DNA of 64,000 nucleotides. Source: Dehalococcoidia bacterium (GTDB lineage Bacteria > Chloroflexota > Dehalococcoidia > Lucifugimonadales > UBA3495). The stretch lies in contig CBDBMH010000002.1 of the NCBI GenBank assembly GCA_965207275.1, forward strand, positions 2,971,651-3,035,650, written 5' to 3'. The translations under genes were made by a program, and so were the position numbers. Positions 1-10,674 of the stretch are shown here, piece by piece. Positions within the stretch are counted from its first letter, which is position 1; the number at the start of each line of letters is the position of its first letter. Below the pieces are notes generated by a model. The model ran no database searches. It worked only from the letters and a program-made list of their open reading frames with translations, and had not been told where the DNA came from.

Positions 1-54
1 GGCAGTCTTCTCTGCATCGTTGGTGGCAATGGCGATGTGTTTAATCTGGGCCAT
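1..54 (-). CDS. 5' end (18 codons) of a gene running off the window; N-terminus MAQIKHIAIATNDAEKTA looks like a VOC/glyoxalase-family start
   Basis: ATG at 54..52 (minus) preceded by GGGAGG (rc of 61..66). The frame stays open to the window edge. The family call is only a weak N-terminal pattern match. Confidence 0.35.
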   Translation of the reverse strand, partial: MAQIKHIAIATNDAEKTA

Positions 55-324
55 TTCAGTCCTCCCATTATTCGTATCGGTTGGTATGGATCAAGATAAC
101 ACTTTTGGCGTTGGGCCGCTACCCTGGGGGTTGTGGCCCATTGCGGTACAGTCGGTTACTGGACGGCGATCCGCACCCACCAGGGCCGCTTCTGTCACGC
201 CTTGCTCATTGTCCCACGGTCTATACCAATAGCCGGATGTCCCGTGTTAGAATGGCTCTAATCTTGGAGCGAGACGTTGCTGCATGCCGTCGGTTGGCGG
301 AAGCAACGCCAGGGAGGACGACGC

Positions 325-1503
325 ATGGCAGTCAATGGCAACGGCAAGACCCCGCGTTTGAAGTTTGGCGTCTTTATGGCCCCTTTCCACCGGGTAGGTG
401 AGAACCCCACCCTGGCCCTGGAGCGGGACCTCGAGTTGCTCCAATGGCTGGACCTCCTGGGCTTTGACGAAGCCTACATCGGGGAGCACCACTCGGCCGG
501 CTGGGAAACCATTGCCTCGCCAGAGGTGTTCATTGCCACTGCCGCCGAGCGCACGCGCAACATTCGGCTGGGAACCGGGGTTATCAGCCTGCCCTACCAC
601 CATCCGTTGATGGTGGCCAACCGAATGGTGTTGTTGGACCACCTGACCCGGGGCCGGGTAATCCTGGGCGTTGGACCCGGGGCCCTGGCTTCGGACGCCC
701 TGATGCTGGGCATCGAACCGGCACGTCAGCGGGAAATGATGGACGAGTCCCTGGGCATCATTCTGCGCTTGTTCACCGAAACGGACCCCATCACCTACAA
801 GAGCGACTGGTTCGAACTGAACGAGGCTGTCCTGCAACTACGTCCCTATCAGCAGCCCCACCTGCCGGTGGCAGTGGCTTCGGTCCAGTCCCCGGCGGGA
901 GTTACCGTGGCCGGCAAGCACGGCGCAGCGGTGCTGTCCATGAGCATTCCCCGGGACACGGTGCGGTCCACCAGCTTGAAGGAACTGTGGTCCATCGCCG
1001 AGGATTCCGCGGCGGAGCACGGCAAGGAGGTCCACCGGGAGGACTGGGGGCTGGTGGTAGGCCTGCACCTGGCGGAGAGCAAGAAGGAAGCCATTGAGGA
1101 CATACGTGTGGGCGGAGGTCGCCTGGTTACCGAGTACTTCGGCCGTACCCTGGGCAACGAGGTTCCGGACGTACCCCAAGACCAGATAGTGGACTTCATG
1201 ATTGAGCACAATCAGTGGATTGTTGGTACTCCCGACGACTGCATTGCCGGCATTGAGCGGCTGCAGGAAATCAGCGGCGGATTCGGCAGCTTCATGATTC
1301 GGGTGGAGGACTGGGCCCCGCGCGAGAAGATCCTGCACAGCTACGAACTGCTGGCCCGCTACGTGATGCCCCACTTCCAGGGCAGCCTGGTTGGCATCCA
1401 AACCTCCAACCGCTGGGCGCAGGACCGTAGGGAAGCGCTGCAGGCTAACCGGATTACCGGGCTGCAGCGGGCCACCGACTCCTATTACGCCAACCGGGAA
1501 TAA
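325..1503 (+). CDS. LLM-class (luciferase-like) flavin-dependent oxidoreductase
   Basis: ORF 277..1503. Internal ATG at 325 follows AGGGAGGA. Sequence FGVFMAPFH...GFDEAYIGEHHSAGWE...LGTGVISLPYHHP is typical of LLM monooxygenases. Confidence 0.85.
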   Translation: MAVNGNGKTPRLKFGVFMAPFHRVGENPTLALERDLELLQWLDLLGFDEAYIGEHHSAGWETIASPEVFIATAAERTRNIRLGTGVISLPYHHPLMVANRMVLLDHLTRGRVILGVGPGALASDALMLGIEPARQREMMDESLGIILRLFTETDPITYKSDWFELNEAVLQLRPYQQPHLPVAVASVQSPAGVTVAGKHGAAVLSMSIPRDTVRSTSLKELWSIAEDSAAEHGKEVHREDWGLVVGLHLAESKKEAIEDIRVGGGRLVTEYFGRTLGNEVPDVPQDQIVDFMIEHNQWIVGTPDDCIAGIERLQEISGGFGSFMIRVEDWAPREKILHSYELLARYVMPHFQGSLVGIQTSNRWAQDRREALQANRITGLQRATDSYYANRE

Positions 1504-1531
1504 TCGCAGCCGGGCCTTTGGGGGAGCCGCC

Positions 1532-2971
1532 ATGAGAAAGACGAAGATCATTGCCACCATCGGCCCGGTTTCGCGGGACCCTGAAACGCTGGAACAATTG
1601 ATCCTGGCCGGTATGGACTGCGCCAGGCTCAATTTCTCCCACGGCACCTTCGCCGAACACGAAGAGGTCATCCACAACGTCCGCCATCTGTCGGAGAAAC
1701 ACGGGCGTCCCGTCAGCATTCTGCAGGACCTGGGGGGCGTCAAGCTGCGCCTGGGCCAGATGGCCGACGGCTTGAACCTTAACTTCGGTGACGAGTATCT
1801 GGTAACGGCGGACGAGTCCTCCAGCGACCCCACGATAATTCCTTTCCCCGAACCCGGCGTACTGCGGAGCCTGCAGGAAGGCAACGTAGTGTTTATCTCG
1901 GACGGCATCGTGTGCTTGGAGGTGCTGGAGACCGACGGCTCACAGGTACGGACGCGGGTACGGAACGGGGGCACCATCTCTTCCTACAAAGGCGTCAACC
2001 TGCCTGGCGTTACCATTGACATGCCGGTGCTGACCGATGACGACAAGGCCGCCCTGCGCTTTGGCGTTGAACAGAATGTGGACTGGGTGGCCGTTTCCTT
2101 CGTGCGCACGGGGAAGGACGTTCGCGAGGCGAGAGAGTTTCTGCAAGGTATCGGCAGCCAGGCCCCGATAATGGCCAAGCTGGAGCGGAGCGAAGGAATC
2201 GACAACCTGGACGAAATTCTGCGGGAAGTGGACGGCGTTATGGTGGCCAGGGGCGACCTGGGGGTGGAGATTCCCATGGAGCGGGTGCCCCTGGTGCAGA
2301 AGGAGATTGTAAGCAAGGCCAACGAGGCTGCCAAGTCGTCGTGTATTGCCACTCAGATGCTGCGGTCCATGGTGGTATCGCCCACGCCCACTAGGGCTGA
2401 GGTCTCCGACATCAGCAATGCGGTGCTGGACGGCTGCGATTCCATCCTGCTTTCGGACGAAATCGCGGTGGGGGCCTACCCGGTGGAAGCGGTGAGGGTA
2501 GCGGACATCACCATCCGGGAGGCGGAGAAGATATATCCCTACTACAAGGACTTCCGCTCGCGGGACAGGACCCAGGCCATTGCCGCGGGGGCCAGCCGGC
2601 TGGCGCGGGAGTTGAACTCCAAGCCCATCGTAATTACCAGCACCGGTAGGGCAGCCAACGAGGTGTCCCGCTACCGGCCCGAGGGTGACATTATCGTCTT
2701 CGCCCACGACGAGGCCACCCTTCGGCGGTTGAGCCTGGGCTGGGGCCTGCAGCCCAGCGGCGTGATACCGCCGGAGCAGGATATTTCCCGGCTGGTGGCG
2801 ATGCTGATTCGGGGAGCCCTGGACACAGGGCTGGTCAACGAGCTGGACGTAGTAACCATCGTCCACGGCAACCTCACCGGGGTATCCGGAACGACGAACA
2901 CCATCCAGGTGCTGGATGTGGGCGAGTATTTGTCCAGGTACGCAGAGTTAGTTGAGGCGGCGGGGGTTTAG
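1532..2971 (+). CDS. pyk: pyruvate kinase
   Basis: MRKTKIIATIGP...ARLNFSHG...MVARGDLGVEIP motifs. The ATG at 1532 inside ORF 1391..2971 gives the canonical N-terminus. Confidence 0.95.
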   Translation: MRKTKIIATIGPVSRDPETLEQLILAGMDCARLNFSHGTFAEHEEVIHNVRHLSEKHGRPVSILQDLGGVKLRLGQMADGLNLNFGDEYLVTADESSSDPTIIPFPEPGVLRSLQEGNVVFISDGIVCLEVLETDGSQVRTRVRNGGTISSYKGVNLPGVTIDMPVLTDDDKAALRFGVEQNVDWVAVSFVRTGKDVREAREFLQGIGSQAPIMAKLERSEGIDNLDEILREVDGVMVARGDLGVEIPMERVPLVQKEIVSKANEAAKSSCIATQMLRSMVVSPTPTRAEVSDISNAVLDGCDSILLSDEIAVGAYPVEAVRVADITIREAEKIYPYYKDFRSRDRTQAIAAGASRLARELNSKPIVITSTGRAANEVSRYRPEGDIIVFAHDEATLRRLSLGWGLQPSGVIPPEQDISRLVAMLIRGALDTGLVNELDVVTIVHGNLTGVSGTTNTIQVLDVGEYLSRYAELVEAAGV

Positions 2972-3233
2972 TCCAGCCGTCTTTTACCAGAGTTCTTTGC
3001 CCACAGTCGGACCGAAGTCCCTTTCATCATGGCAGAAGTCCATCCGGACAGCTAATGAACGGGTTATACGTGTGGCGAGACTGTTGCCCCATGTCCTGAT
3101 ACGCGTTTGCCTGGAGCTTCATCTCCCACGTATAGAAAGCCCTATCTGCATTAGCTCAGAAGAAGGCTTGGGTTAATTATGTGATTGAACTCATTGCAAT
3201 AAATTTGAGGTGCAATTGCACCTTAATGGCAGA

Positions 3234-3258
3234 GGGGGCGCCCAAACCGGCGCCCCTT
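3234..3258. terminator. GC-rich hairpin between convergent pyk and gltD (possible terminator)
   Basis: GGGGCGCC-caaacc-GGCGCCCC stem-loop about 50 nt past the gltD stop. The U-tract is weak on both strands. Confidence 0.35.
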
Positions 3259-3307
3259 CTACATTCAACCCTTCGGTGCTAGATCCTGTCTAAACGGGGT
3301 TAGCCGA

Positions 3308-4762
<1,455 letters not shown>

Positions 4763-5040
4763 TTTGAGTTACTTCCAGTTTACTATTCTGCGATTGCTTT
4801 CCGGTTCGTGGTTTCCTTTGCCGGTGGACGCCTCTCAGATCAGGCAAGCAACACATGCCAGGCCAACTCCCACCAAGCTACCAGGTCGCCGCAGGAAAGC
4901 GTATCTTCTTCAGTTGAGATTTGTGCTCATAGTAGGACAACTGCAACACTTTTTCGCCGCTTATTGTAGGTATGGTGGTGATAACAAACAATAACCAGGG
5001 GGTCTCGGCGAAGGTTAAGCTGCGCCGGATACGACGCGGG

Positions 5041-8000
5041 TTAGTCTGCGGAGGCCGCGGCCGGTTCGGCGGCCTGCCTGCGCTGTTCCAGCACCCGGCG
5101 GTAGTCGCGGGGCATTACCTTCCTGAACCGGGCGATGGAACCGTCCCAGTCGGCAAGGATCTCCTGGGCCGGCGTGCTCCCAGTGTACTCCAGGTGGTCT
5201 TCGATCAGCTGGCGGAGCACCGCGATATCTTCGGGATCGGAAAGATCTTCCAGGTCGGCCAGGCCATCGTTGAAGCGGATGGCGAAATCATCGCTGGGGT
5301 CGTAAACGAAGGCAATGCCGCCGCTCATACCGGCGGCGAAATTGCGACCGGTAGGACCAAGGATGACAGCTATGCCGCCGGTCATATACTCGCAGCCGTG
5401 ATCGCCAATGCCCTCAATGACGGCCTGGACGCCGCTGTTACGGACGCAGAAACGCTCGCCGCCCATGCCTCGGATGAAGGCCTGACCTCCAGTGGCGCCG
5501 TAAAGGGCCACATTGCCGATAATGATGTTCTCTTCGGGAATGAAGTCGGAACCGGCAGGCGGCACTACGACAATCCTGCCGCCGTTCATGCCCTTGCCCA
5601 TGTAGTCATTGGTGTCACCAGCCAGGCGCATATCAACGCCCTTGGCCAGGAAAGCGCCAAAGCTCTGGCCAGCGGAGCCGGCCAGGTTGATCCTGATGGT
5701 TCCAGGAGGCAAACCTTCCTCACCGTAGTTCTTGGCCACTTTGCCGCTGAGCATCGCCCCGACGGTGCGGTTGGAGTTACGGATGGGCAGGTCAACTTCC
5801 ACCGGCCGTCCGCGTTCTATGGCCGGAGAGGCCTGGGCAATCAACTGGTGGTCGAGGGCGAATTCCAGGCCGTGGTCCTGATCGTCACACTGGTAAATAG
5901 TAACCTCGTCGCAGCGCGGGTGGCGATACAGCAGCTTATCAAAGTCCAGACCGCGGGCCTTCCACTGCTGGACATCGGTGTCGGCTTCCAGCATCTCCAC
6001 GCGGCCAATCATTTCCTGGACAGTGCGGAAGCCAAGCTGGGCCATGATCTCCCGCAGTTCCTCGGCCACAAAGAAGAAGTAGTTGATGACGTATTCGGGC
6101 TTGCCGGCGAAGCGGGCCCTAAGTTCCGGGTCCTGGGTGGCAATGCCCACGGAGCAGGTGTTCAGGTGGCACTTGCGCAGCATGATGCAGCCACTGACAA
6201 TCAGGGGCGCGGTGGCGAAGCCGATTTCGTCGGCCCCTAACAGGAAAGCAATAGCTGCGTCACGGCCGGTCTTGAGCTGGCCGTCGGTCTGCACCACAAT
6301 GCGGCTGCGCAGGTCGTTGGCCACCAGGACCTGCTGGGTCTCGGCCAGGCCCAGTTCCCAGGGGAGACCTGCGTGCTTGATGGAGGATTCGGGAGACGCC
6401 CCGGTACCGCCGTCGTGGCCGCTGATAAGAACCACGTCCCCGTGGCCCTTGGAAACACCGGCGGCGATGGTGCCGACGCCAACTTCGGCCACAAGCTTGA
6501 CATGGATGCGGGATTCCGGGTTGATGTTCTTCAAGTCGTGAATCAACTGGGCCAGATCTTCGATGGAGTAAATGTCGTGATGGGGTGGCGGCGAAATAAG
6601 CTCCACGCCCGGTGTGGTGTGGCGCACCCAGCCGATGACATCGTCCACCTTGTGACCGGGAAGCTGGCCGCCCTCGCCGGGCTTGGATCCCTGGGCCATC
6701 TTGATCTGCAGGTCGGTGGCATTAACCAGGTAGTTGGGGGTAACGCCGAATCGGCCGGAAGCCACCTGCTTGATGGCGCTGTTGCGGGAGTCGCCGTTAT
6801 CGTCGGGGGTGTAACGGTGGAAGTCTTCGCCGCCCTCGCCGGTATTGCTACGGGCGCCGATGCGGTTCATGGCGATGGCCATGGTCTCGTGGGCTTCTTT
6901 GCTGATGGAACCAAAGGACGCCGCTCCGGTGGCGAACCGCTTTACTATGTCCTTTGCCGATTCAACCTGGTCAAGGGGAACCGGTTCGCGATCATGCTTG
7001 AAGTCCAGAAGACCGCGCAGGGTGGCAAGCTGGCGGCTTTGGTCGTTGACCGCCTGGCTGAAATCCTGGTAAGACTTCCAGCTATTGGCGCGGGTGGCGT
7101 ACTGGAGCATGGCGATGGTGTCGGGGTTCCATTGGTGTACCTCACCGTGGCGGCGCCACTGGTAGGTTCCGCCGGGGTCCAGATCAAGGGTGGAGTCAAC
7201 CTCGTGCCGGGGGAAGGCAAAGCGGTGCCGCTGTAGCTGCTCTTCCTCCACCACATCCAGGCCGATACCCTCCACGCGGGACGGGGTCCAGGTAAAGTAC
7301 TGGTCGATGAAGTCCTGGTTCAGGCCCACGGCTTCAAAAATCTGGGCGCCCTGGTAGCTCTGCACGGTGGAAATGCCCATCTTGGACATTACCTTGAGCA
7401 GGCCCTTCTCGTTGGCCTTGATAAAGTTTTTAACTGCATAGTCGGGCTTCGTGCCGTTCAGTTCGCCGCGGTCGGCCAAGTCCTGTACCGCGGCCAGGGC
7501 CAGGTAGGGATTAATGGCGCTGGCCCCGTAGCCCAGCAGCAGACAGAAGTGGTGCACCTCGCGGGGTTCGCCGGACTCGACGACCAGACCAACCTTGGTG
7601 CGGGTACCTTCGCGAATCAGATGGTGGTGGACAGCGGCGGTGGCCAACAGGCTGGGGATGGGCGCCTGGTCTTCGGAAACGTTCCGGTCGGACAGGACGA
7701 TGATGCTGTAGCCATCGGTAATGGCCTGAGAGGCCTGGCCGCAAAGACGGTCGAGCGCCTCCTTCAACGTCCCTTCACCCTGGGCACCGAACAGTGTGGA
7801 CAGGGTTTTGGACCGTATATCGCCCAGATCCAGGCTCCGAATCCTGGCCAGTTCTTCGTCGGAGATGATGGGAGAATTGATCTTCACCTGGCGGCAGTGG
7901 AGCGGAGTCTCTTCGAACAAGTTGCGCTCTGAACCGATGAAACCCTCCAGCGACGTCACCAGTTCCTCTCGGATGGCGTCCAGGGGCGGGTTGGTAACCT

Positions 8001-9591
8001 GGGCAAACAACTGCTTGAAGTAGTTGAAGAGCAATTGGTTCCTCTCTGAAAGAACGGCCAGCGGAGCGTCGTTGCCCATGGAACCCACCGCCTCGTAAGC
8101 CGTAGTGGCCATCGGGGTGGTGAGCATGCGCAATTCTTCGGTCGTGTAGCCGAACGCCCGCTGCTGGCGCACCAGTTCATCGTCCTTGAAAACTTCGGGC
8201 GCCCTGGGTTCGGGCAGGTCTTCCAGCGAGACCTTGTTTTCCCTGAGCCACTGACCGTAGGGCTGGCGATGGGACAGGGTCTGCTTCAACTCTTCGTCGC
8301 GGATGATCCGACCCTGTTCCAGGCTGACCAGGAACATACGACCAGGCTGCAAGCGTCCCCGCTGCAGGATGTTCTGAGCCGGAATGTCCAGCACCCCGGT
8401 CTCCGAGGCCATAACCAGCTTGTCGTCCTTGGTGACGGTGTAACGGAAGGGACGCAGGCCGTTGCGGTCCAGAACGGCGCAAATGTCCTTGCCGTTGGCG
8501 GCCACGATCATGGCGGGTCCATCCCAGGGTTCCATCAGGCAGGAATGGAACTCGTAGAAATCCTTCTTATCCTGGGACATGGTCTCGTGCTGCTCCCAGG
8601 CTTCGGGAATCATCATCAGCATGGAGTGGTCCAGGCTGCGGCCGGTCATCTGCAGCAACTCCAGGGCATTGTCAAAACCGGCAGTATCGCTGGCGCCGGG
8701 GGTCATAACCGGCGGTATCTTTTTGATGTCGTCGCCGAACAAGGGAGATTCGAACTGGGCCTCGCGGGCGTGCATCCAGTTGATGTTACCGCGAAGGGTA
8801 TTGATTTCACCATTGTGGGCCAGGTAACGGTAGGGGTGGGCCAGCTTCCAGTGGCCCAGGGTGTTGGTGCTGAAACGGGAGTGGACCAGGGCAAAGGCGC
8901 TGATCAATGCCTCATCGTTCAGGTCCAGGTAGAAACCGGCCACCTGGTGGGCCATGAGCAGGCCCTTGTAGACCACAGTACTGTTGGTCAGGCTGCAGAT
9001 ATAAAAGTAGTCGGCGTCTTCCTCGCTGATGCCGGTACCGGCCAGGCCGTTTTCGATGACTTTGCGCAACGTGTAGAGCTTGCGCTGAAACTGGGTCGGG
9101 TCCAGTTGTTCCGACCCGCAGCCAACAAAAAACTGGCGGATGATTGGCTGTACGGCCCGGGCGTCCCGGCCCAGCCTGTTGGGGTCCACGGGCACATCGC
9201 GCCAGCCCAGCAGGGCCAGTCCCTCGGCGGTAATGGAGCGGTCAATCAGGTCTTCGCAAGCGGCCCTGGCGTAGGGGTTGGGGGGAAGAAAGGTCATGCC
9301 GACACCGTAGGAACCCAATTCCGGCAGGTTAATACCCAAGGCAGGGCAAACCTTCCGGAAGAAGGAATCCGGCATCTGCATCAGGATGCCAGCGCCATCG
9401 CCGGTTTCGGGGTCGCAACCACAGGCGCCCCGATGGCCCAGGTTCACCAAGACCTGCAGGGAGTCGGTGATAATTTCGTGGGACTGGCCGCCCTTGATGT
9501 TGGCGACCACGCCCACGCCGCAGCTGTCGTGCTCGTAATGGGGAGAGTACAGCCCGTGCTGAGCCAGTTCCTGTAAAGAATTCATTGACAC
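5041..9591 (-). CDS. gltB: glutamate synthase large subunit
   Basis: 1516 aa. N-terminal HDSCGVGVVA amidotransferase start, followed by FMN and GXGXG domains. Confidence 0.97.
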   Translation of the reverse strand: MSMNSLQELAQHGLYSPHYEHDSCGVGVVANIKGGQSHEIITDSLQVLVNLGHRGACGCDPETGDGAGILMQMPDSFFRKVCPALGINLPELGSYGVGMTFLPPNPYARAACEDLIDRSITAEGLALLGWRDVPVDPNRLGRDARAVQPIIRQFFVGCGSEQLDPTQFQRKLYTLRKVIENGLAGTGISEEDADYFYICSLTNSTVVYKGLLMAHQVAGFYLDLNDEALISAFALVHSRFSTNTLGHWKLAHPYRYLAHNGEINTLRGNINWMHAREAQFESPLFGDDIKKIPPVMTPGASDTAGFDNALELLQMTGRSLDHSMLMMIPEAWEQHETMSQDKKDFYEFHSCLMEPWDGPAMIVAANGKDICAVLDRNGLRPFRYTVTKDDKLVMASETGVLDIPAQNILQRGRLQPGRMFLVSLEQGRIIRDEELKQTLSHRQPYGQWLRENKVSLEDLPEPRAPEVFKDDELVRQQRAFGYTTEELRMLTTPMATTAYEAVGSMGNDAPLAVLSERNQLLFNYFKQLFAQVTNPPLDAIREELVTSLEGFIGSERNLFEETPLHCRQVKINSPIISDEELARIRSLDLGDIRSKTLSTLFGAQGEGTLKEALDRLCGQASQAITDGYSIIVLSDRNVSEDQAPIPSLLATAAVHHHLIREGTRTKVGLVVESGEPREVHHFCLLLGYGASAINPYLALAAVQDLADRGELNGTKPDYAVKNFIKANEKGLLKVMSKMGISTVQSYQGAQIFEAVGLNQDFIDQYFTWTPSRVEGIGLDVVEEEQLQRHRFAFPRHEVDSTLDLDPGGTYQWRRHGEVHQWNPDTIAMLQYATRANSWKSYQDFSQAVNDQSRQLATLRGLLDFKHDREPVPLDQVESAKDIVKRFATGAASFGSISKEAHETMAIAMNRIGARSNTGEGGEDFHRYTPDDNGDSRNSAIKQVASGRFGVTPNYLVNATDLQIKMAQGSKPGEGGQLPGHKVDDVIGWVRHTTPGVELISPPPHHDIYSIEDLAQLIHDLKNINPESRIHVKLVAEVGVGTIAAGVSKGHGDVVLISGHDGGTGASPESSIKHAGLPWELGLAETQQVLVANDLRSRIVVQTDGQLKTGRDAAIAFLLGADEIGFATAPLIVSGCIMLRKCHLNTCSVGIATQDPELRARFAGKPEYVINYFFFVAEELREIMAQLGFRTVQEMIGRVEMLEADTDVQQWKARGLDFDKLLYRHPRCDEVTIYQCDDQDHGLEFALDHQLIAQASPAIERGRPVEVDLPIRNSNRTVGAMLSGKVAKNYGEEGLPPGTIRINLAGSAGQSFGAFLAKGVDMRLAGDTNDYMGKGMNGGRIVVVPPAGSDFIPEENIIIGNVALYGATGGQAFIRGMGGERFCVRNSGVQAVIEGIGDHGCEYMTGGIAVILGPTGRNFAAGMSGGIAFVYDPSDDFAIRFNDGLADLEDLSDPEDIAVLRQLIEDHLEYTGSTPAQEILADWDGSIARFRKVMPRDYRRVLEQRRQAAEPAAASAD

Positions 9592-9989
9592 AACCCCCGC
9601 TCCAGGGTCAAGAAGGTGTCAGCCAAGAGCTTGGAGCCGGAAATCTTCGCCAAATCTGTTGAAAAAAGTGTTGACAATTCAATTACCGGGCCCAAGCCCG
9701 GCGATTTGTTAAATATATCACAATACAGTGGCGATGGAAATACGCATTATACACACCGGGGTATAAGGCGGATAGACCCGGAAGTAAACTTTAGGTTAAC
9801 GCTAAACGGGGGAGTTTGCCAGAGTTCCCTTGATGCAGGACGAGCAACCCTTTGGACGAACTCCCCTTTGGACATGGTTTCGTATTGGTTGGTTTCAGCG
9901 GCGAGGCCCGGTCAGCCAGGCAGGTACTCCCCTGCCATCACGGCTTACTGACCACCAGGTTTGGACGGCTGATGGATAGAACGGTACCA

Positions 9990-10118
9990 TTGCAAAGCTC
10001 CCTCGCCTCTGGTGGGAGAGGGTTGGGGTGAGGGGGCGTAGACAGAACGACGAGGGATCCACCCCAAGCCTGGCCCTTCCCTTTCGAAGGGTAAGGGAGT
10101 CTTGACTCGACTTTGCAA
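9990..10118. repeat. 129-nt structured MITE-like element bounded by TTGCAAAG...CTTTGCAA
   Basis: 8-bp terminal inverted repeats at 9990..9997 and 10111..10118. Internal complementary arms are GGTTGGGGTG/CACCCCAAGCC and CTCCCT/AGGGAG. No credible ORF. Confidence 0.4.
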
Positions 10119-10144
10119 TCGTCCTGCCGGATAGCAGGCAAGTG

Positions 10145-10173
10145 TTTTAGGCGGAAGCTAAGGATGGTATAAT
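10145..10173 (+). promoter_or_regulatory. putative sigma70-type promoter of ssrA (extended -10 TGgTATAAT)
   Basis: TATAAT at 10168..10173 with TG at 10165..10166. A weak -35 TTTTAG lies 17 nt upstream. The mature tmRNA 5' end is 13 nt downstream. Confidence 0.45.
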
Positions 10174-10185
10174 GGGTCGTCCAGT

Positions 10186-10539
10186 GGGGACGCGCGGGTT
10201 CGACAGGAGCGTCCTGGGGCAGATTGCAAGCCGAGGCGCCACCGCCCTCGTTAAACAGGTGGCACACAAATAACTGGCGAACGTGAATTCGCTCTAGCCG
10301 CCTAAGGGCGGCTACGTCCGTACCCTGCTATTCCCGGATGCGGGGCTACGGGCGCCATCAGACCGGGATGCGGTTGCCCTGAGGCCGATAGGGGCTACTC
10401 AAGTTTCATCGGCTGGCCTGACGGAAATTACGCCGGCGGAAGCTCCAACAGGCGAGAAATAAAGCGTCGGACAAGCTTGTAGTAGATCTAGCCAAGGGGC
10501 CTTTTGGACGGGGAGTTCGACTCTCCCCCGTCTCCACCA
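10186..10539 (+). ncRNA. ssrA: tmRNA (transfer-messenger RNA)
   Basis: 5' GGGGACGCGCGGGTTCGACAGG. 3' GGACGGGGAGTTCGACTCTCCCCCGTCTCCACCA (T-arm, acceptor and CCA). Internal tag ORF 10276..10305 reads GGC GAA CGT GAA TTC GCT CTA GCC GCC TAA, which is GEREFALAA-stop. Confidence 0.92.
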
Positions 10540-10674
10540 TTTCCACCAAAACCCTCCCTCCGGCGCCAGGGTACGTTCCTTGATTCCTCTGACCAGGTTC
10601 GCTGAAAATCGGGCCTGAATGAACCGTCCCTCCCGCCATACTTTTTCCACCACCGAACTCAGAACTACTCCGTC

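Noticed and set aside
3208-3223. 16-bp perfect palindrome AGGTGCAATTGCACCT between convergent pyk and gltD.
   Set aside because: It sits downstream of both genes, is a single occurrence in the window, and can be explained as a small hairpin. There is no basis for an operator call.
4763-5040. 278-nt spacer between gltB and gltD as a possible regulatory RNA.
   Set aside because: I recognise no conserved motif (not a glutamine riboswitch) and no strong hairpin/terminator. It is probably just an internal spacer or promoter, with too little evidence to report.
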